A stretch of DNA of 64,000 nt, from the NCBI GenBank assembly GCA_021741465.1, contig JAIOXV010000001.1, positions 5,767-69,766 on the forward strand, read 5' to 3'. The position numbers were made by a program, and so were the translations under genes. The DNA comes from Paracoccaceae bacterium (GTDB lineage: Bacteria > Pseudomonadota > Alphaproteobacteria > Rhodobacterales > Rhodobacteraceae). Shown piece after piece: positions 59,800 to 64,000 of this stretch. Positions within the stretch are counted from its first letter, which is position 1; the number at the start of each line of letters is the position of its first letter. The notes under the pieces were generated by a model that searched no databases, was not told where the DNA came from, and was given only the letters and a program-made list of their open reading frames with translations.

Positions 59800-60975
59800 A
59801 TGACCGATTTTGATACCCCGATCAACCGTTTCGGCACCCATTCCGTCAAGTGGGACTCGATGGAGGGTTACTTTGGCGTGCCCGCCAAGGATGGCATCGC
59901 GATGTGGGTGGCCGATATGGATTTCCGTCCGCCGGCCTGCGTGCAGCGCGCGCTTGAAGGCATGTTGGCGCATGGGGTTTATGGCTATTACGGGGAAGAA
60001 GCCGAATATCTGGATGCAATTCGCTGGTGGATGAAGACCCGGCACGGTTGGGATGTAGAGCGCAATCACATCTTCACGACCCATGGCTTGGTCAACGGCA
60101 CCTCGATGTGTGTCGATGCATTTACAACCCCCGGCGATGACATTGTCCTGACGACGCCTGTGTATCATGCCTTTGCGCGCGTTATCAAAGCGGCGGGCCG
60201 GGGCGTCACCGAATGCCCGCTGGTCGTGCGCGACGGCTGCTATGAAATGGATTTCGCAACTTGGGACGGCATGCTGTCCGGTCGTGAAACCATGATGATT
60301 CTTTGCTCGCCCCACAATCCCGGCGGCCGTGTCTGGACGACCGGGGAATTGCAGGGCGTCGCTGCGTTTTGCAAACGTCACAATCTGATTTTGGTGTCGG
60401 ACGAAATCCATCACGATCTGGTCATGCCCGGCCAAAAACACACTGTAATGGCAAATGCTGCGCCCGATATTGCAGACCGTCTGGTGATGATGACGGCAAC
60501 GACAAAGACCTTCAACATTGCAGGCGCGCATTCCGGCAATGTGATTATCGCCGATGAAGCCCTTCGCAAGCGGTTTTCCGAAAGGATGCTGGCAATGGGG
60601 ATTTCGCCCAATTCCTTCGGGATGTTCATGGCCACCGCCGCATATTCACCGGAAGGTGCGGCTTGGGTGGATGAGGTCACCGCCTATATCGACGGCAATC
60701 GCAAGATTTTTGACGCCGGAATTAATGCCATCCCGGGCTTAAGGTCGATGCCGCTTGAAGCGACGTATTTGGCTTGGGTTGATTTTTCCGGCACCGGAAT
60801 GCCTGCCGCAGAGTTCACGGCGCGTGTGGAAAAAGGGGCCAGAATCGCAGCCAATCATGGCGACAGTTTTGGCCTGGGCGGCGAAAGCTTTTTGCGGTTC
60901 AACCTTGCCACGCCGCGTGCGGTTGTTGTCGAGGCGGTTGCGCGCTTGCAAAAGGCATTTGCCGATCTGCAATAA
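59800..60975 (+). CDS. MalY/PatB-family PLP-dependent C-S lyase/aminotransferase
   Basis: SVKWD, MWVADMDF, CSPHNP.GRVW, SDEIH, KTFNIAG. Confidence 0.92.
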   Translation: MTDFDTPINRFGTHSVKWDSMEGYFGVPAKDGIAMWVADMDFRPPACVQRALEGMLAHGVYGYYGEEAEYLDAIRWWMKTRHGWDVERNHIFTTHGLVNGTSMCVDAFTTPGDDIVLTTPVYHAFARVIKAAGRGVTECPLVVRDGCYEMDFATWDGMLSGRETMMILCSPHNPGGRVWTTGELQGVAAFCKRHNLILVSDEIHHDLVMPGQKHTVMANAAPDIADRLVMMTATTKTFNIAGAHSGNVIIADEALRKRFSERMLAMGISPNSFGMFMATAAYSPEGAAWVDEVTAYIDGNRKIFDAGINAIPGLRSMPLEATYLAWVDFSGTGMPAAEFTARVEKGARIAANHGDSFGLGGESFLRFNLATPRAVVVEAVARLQKAFADLQ

Positions 60976-61003
60976 GGCGGGCCACAGCCTTTTCATGCCG
61001 CAT

Positions 61004-61030
61004 GGTGGCATCCCTTTCGGGGGTGCTGCC
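61004..61030. terminator. Hairpin between convergent genes
   Basis: GGTGGCATCCC...GGGTGCTGCC stem with G-U pairs, followed by a T-rich stretch. Confidence 0.45.
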
Positions 61031-61088
61031 GGGTTGTTTGTTTAGCAAAGCCTGTTCTGAGGATCAGATCGTCAGATCATTTCTGGCG

Positions 61089-61439
61089 TCAGCTTCGGGG
61101 CAGATACGCCACCGGCGCATGTTCATCACGCCAATAATCCAGCGGTGCAGTATCACGCACGGCCGTGTTGCGCTTGAATTCGCAAACCAACTGCCCATGT
61201 TCAACCGAAGACGCAACGATCAGGCATTGGAAGATATGGCGGCTCCCGTCAAAGACATCGACCAGACCGCGCAGTTTTGGTGCCATATCGGCATCCAATG
61301 CAAAGCCATCGTGCCAGAAGCGCAACACCGGAAAGACCGCTTCGCCCACCTGAACCCGCAGGCGGGATTTACGGGTCGTCTCGCGGTTACGGGCCATGGC
61401 CAGACCTTCGACGATGTCCTTAGGCAGAAACTCAAGCAT
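61089..61439 (-). CDS. Conserved hypothetical protein
   Basis: GGAGG RBS before MLEFLPK; LRGLVD.FDG.RH..QCLI..CEFKR. Confidence 0.75.
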   Translation of the reverse strand: MLEFLPKDIVEGLAMARNRETTRKSRLRVQVGEAVFPVLRFWHDGFALDADMAPKLRGLVDVFDGSRHIFQCLIVASSVEHGQLVCEFKRNTAVRDTAPLDYWRDEHAPVAYLPRS

Positions 61440-61619
61440 CTTCGCCTCCATTGCTGAAAAGACTATTTGCACCGAATGTATTAACAATATGGCAATCGGC
61501 GCACTCTTGCCGGTTTAGGGCCGATGTGGCCGATTTGTCGCACGACTGAGGCGAAACAGCCACGATTGCCCGCACCAACCAATCAGATAGGACTGCTTTG
61601 GCCCGAGATGGAGTGATTT

Positions 61620-62531
61620 ATGTCCGCTGCGCTTTTGCTTCCTGCGATGCTGCTTGATGCCGCCTTGGGCGAGCCTAAGTGGATATGGAATCGCTATCCG
61701 CATCCTGCCGTTCTGATGGGCGGGCTGGTGGGGTGGTGCGATCGTCGTTTCAACACCGGAAGAAACACGCGGCTAAAGGGCGCTGCGGTGATGGCTGCGC
61801 TGGCCATGGGGGCGATGGGGCTGGGGCGGGTTATCCATTTGCTGCCAGACTTCGGGATTGTTGAAATCTTGGTCACCGCAATCCTTCTGGCGCAGAAATC
61901 CCTGGTCGACCATGTCAGCGCGGTGGCCAAGGGGTTGCGGCTGTCGCTCAAGGATGGCCAGCGCGCGGTGGCGATGATCGTGGGGCGCGACACCGAGGTG
62001 TTGAACCATTCCGGTGTGGCGCGCTCTGCCATCGAAAGCGCGGCCGAGAACCTTTCGGATGGGGTGATTGCGCCAGCCTTTTGGTATCTGATTGGCGGCT
62101 TGCCCGGGCTGATGCTGTACAAGATTACCAACACCGCAGACAGCATGATCGGCCATATGACCCCGCGCCACCGTGAGTTTGGTTGGGCCGCAGCGCGGTT
62201 TGATGACCTGCTGAACCTGATCCCGGCCCGGCTGTCGGCGGCCTTGGTTGCCCTGACCAATGGCTGGACCAAGCCCGCGCCAATCTTGCGCGACGCGCCC
62301 TTGCACCGCAGCCCGAATGCGGGATGGCCCGAGGCCGCCGTGGCCTGCGTGCAAGGCATCGCCCTGGCCGGACCGCGCAGCTATCACGGCAAGATGACAG
62401 ATTACCCTTGGGTCTACCCCGAAGGCCGCCGCGACCTTGGTGCCGAAGACATCGACCACACCATCCGCACCCTGTGGCGGGCCTGGGCCGGGATGCTGGG
62501 TTTGGTCGTGGTTTTGGCAGTGGCCTTTTAG
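61620..62531 (+). CDS. cbiB: Adenosylcobinamide-phosphate synthase (CbiB/CobD)
   Basis: LGEP, HP.V..G, IVGRD, ES.AEN.SDG..AP, NTADSMIG, SPNAGWPEA. Confidence 0.95.
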   Translation: MSAALLLPAMLLDAALGEPKWIWNRYPHPAVLMGGLVGWCDRRFNTGRNTRLKGAAVMAALAMGAMGLGRVIHLLPDFGIVEILVTAILLAQKSLVDHVSAVAKGLRLSLKDGQRAVAMIVGRDTEVLNHSGVARSAIESAAENLSDGVIAPAFWYLIGGLPGLMLYKITNTADSMIGHMTPRHREFGWAAARFDDLLNLIPARLSAALVALTNGWTKPAPILRDAPLHRSPNAGWPEAAVACVQGIALAGPRSYHGKMTDYPWVYPEGRRDLGAEDIDHTIRTLWRAWAGMLGLVVVLAVAF

Positions 62532-62538
62532 GCGGGCG

Positions 62539-64000
62539 TCACGCCACCAGCGCCTCGGCGCGTTTCAGATCCACGCTCACCAACTGGCTAACGCCCTGTT
62601 CCTGCATGGTCACGCCGAATAGGCGATCCATGCGCGCCATGGTAACGGCATGGTGGGTGATGACCAGAAACCGGGTTTCGGTGCGGCGGGTCATCTCATC
62701 CATCATGTCGCAAAAGCGCGTCACGTTGGCATCATCAAGCGGCGCGTCCACCTCGTCCAGCACGCAGATCGGCGCGGGATTGGCAAGAAAGACACCAAAG
62801 ATCAGCGCCAGCGCGGTAAGCGTTTGCTCGCCGCCTGACAGCAGCGAAAGCGTCGAAAGGCGCTTGCCCGGTGGCTGGGCCATGATCTCAAGCCCTGCTT
62901 CCAATGGGTCGTCAGATTCCACCAAAACAAGCCGGGCCTCACCACCGCCAAACAAATGGGTGAAAAGCTGTCCAAAGTTGGTGTTGACCTGTTCAAAAGC
63001 GGTCAAAAGCCGTTCGCGACCTTCGCGGTTCAACCCGGCAATGCCGGCGCGCAGCTTCTTGATTGCCTCTTCAAGGTCGAGCTTCTCATTCAGCAGGGTG
63101 TCGTATTCGGTCTCGACGGTCTTTGCGTCTTCCTCTGCGCGCAGGTTGACCGCGCCCAGCGCCTCGCGCTGGCGCTTCAACCGCTGAACGTCCGTGTCTA
63201 AAGTTTCGGCATCCGGCATGCGGTCAGGGTCGACCTTCAGCGTATCCAGCAGCTCTGCCGGTGTGGCACCGGCGTCTTCTGCGATGCGTTCGGCGGCCAA
63301 GGTCACGGCGGCATGGGCTGCTTCGGAACGGGCTTCCGCGCGGGCGCGCACCTCACGGGCCTCGGACGCCAGACGTTCGGCATCGCGTTCAAGATCGCGG
63401 GCTTCGCGCAGATTGCCTTCGTTTTCGGCCAAGGCATCTGCCGCGGTTTTGCGGCGCGCCTCGGCTTCGGAAATTGCTTCGGCAAGTTCCTCGCGTTTGA
63501 TCGCGATTTCTTCGGGCGCGGCAGAGGCGTCGGCAAGTTCATCTTCGGTTTCGGCCTTGCGGGCATCCAACTCGGCGATCCGCTTCGAGGCCGTTTCAAG
63601 CCGATGCTTCCAGCCGGACAATTCCTTTACGGCTTCTTGCCTGCGACGAACCCGCGCTTCGCCTTCGCGGCGCAGCTCATCATGCAATGACCGCCGGCTC
63701 ATCATGGTGATACGGGCGGCTTCAACCGCGACCCGGGCAGTTTCGACAATGTCGCGCGATGCCTCTATGTCGCCCAACTCTTCAACCGAAGCCAGCGCGC
63801 CTTCCAGCCTTTCGCGTGCCTCCAGCGCTTCGTCCTGGTATCGGCGCACGGCAAGATTGGCCGCTTCCAATTTGCCATCAGCCAAAGACCGATCTGCCTC
63901 GGCGCGGGCTGCGGTGCGATTGGCCTCGGCGACCTTGGCATCAGCGGCACGGCGTGCATCGCGGGCCAATTGGTCTGCGCGCGCCAGATCGGCAAGCTGG
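62539..64000 (-). CDS. smc: Chromosome segregation protein SMC, C-terminal part (start lies beyond the right window edge)
   Basis: Long coiled coil, [31 protein letters not shown]. Confidence 0.95.
   Translation of the reverse strand, partial: QLADLARADQLARDARRAADAKVAEANRTAARAEADRSLADGKLEAANLAVRRYQDEALEARERLEGALASVEELGDIEASRDIVETARVAVEAARITMMSRRSLHDELRREGEARVRRRQEAVKELSGWKHRLETASKRIAELDARKAETEDELADASAAPEEIAIKREELAEAISEAEARRKTAADALAENEGNLREARDLERDAERLASEAREVRARAEARSEAAHAAVTLAAERIAEDAGATPAELLDTLKVDPDRMPDAETLDTDVQRLKRQREALGAVNLRAEEDAKTVETEYDTLLNEKLDLEEAIKKLRAGIAGLNREGRERLLTAFEQVNTNFGQLFTHLFGGGEARLVLVESDDPLEAGLEIMAQPPGKRLSTLSLLSGGEQTLTALALIFGVFLANPAPICVLDEVDAPLDDANVTRFCDMMDEMTRRTETRFLVITHHAVTMARMDRLFGVTMQEQGVSQLVSVDLKRAEALVA

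Noticed and set aside
59734-60531. Apparent long N-terminal extension of def (437-aa ORF)
   Set aside because: It overlaps patB on the opposite strand; def similarity begins only at MIRPIL (59733).
61481-61496. Near-CtrA box TTAA-N7-GCAA
   Set aside because: The second half-site has two mismatches; insufficient support.

Overview
GC-rich alphaproteobacterial chromosome segment, most consistent with Rhodobacteraceae/Paracoccaceae (inferred from gene content such as mcd, the rpoZ-spoT-pdxJ-lepB-rnc-era-recO block and a GTTC-N7-GTTC LexA box). It is densely coding (about 64 CDS). I saw no rRNA, tRNA, CRISPR array, transposase or integrase. From left to right: (1) an aromatic catabolic cluster with a Liv-type ABC transporter, 3-hydroxyanthranilate dioxygenase, an atypical DHDPS-family enzyme, an aldehyde dehydrogenase, LysR and pcaF; (2) ribA, a response regulator, two related anti-SD sRNA candidates, xth and an orphan sulfotransferase; (3) a LexA-boxed SRAP-imuA-imuB-dnaE2 cassette; (4) a DeoR-linked cluster for an unknown amino-alcohol or betaine-like substrate (betaine-type ABC, choline-kinase-like enzyme, GcvT-family dehydrogenase, IMPase-family phosphatase) tied together by helically phased repeats; (5) housekeeping genes with a tandem lepB copy fused to a DUF805-like domain and no acpS at its usual site; (6) a surface-glycan cluster; (7) fmt, a degenerate def paralogue, def, patB, cbiB and the 3' part of smc. 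The best candidates for undescribed biology are the two catabolic clusters with their operators, the sRNA pair and the DUF805-LepB fusion. All family calls come from motif recognition by eye, not database searches.
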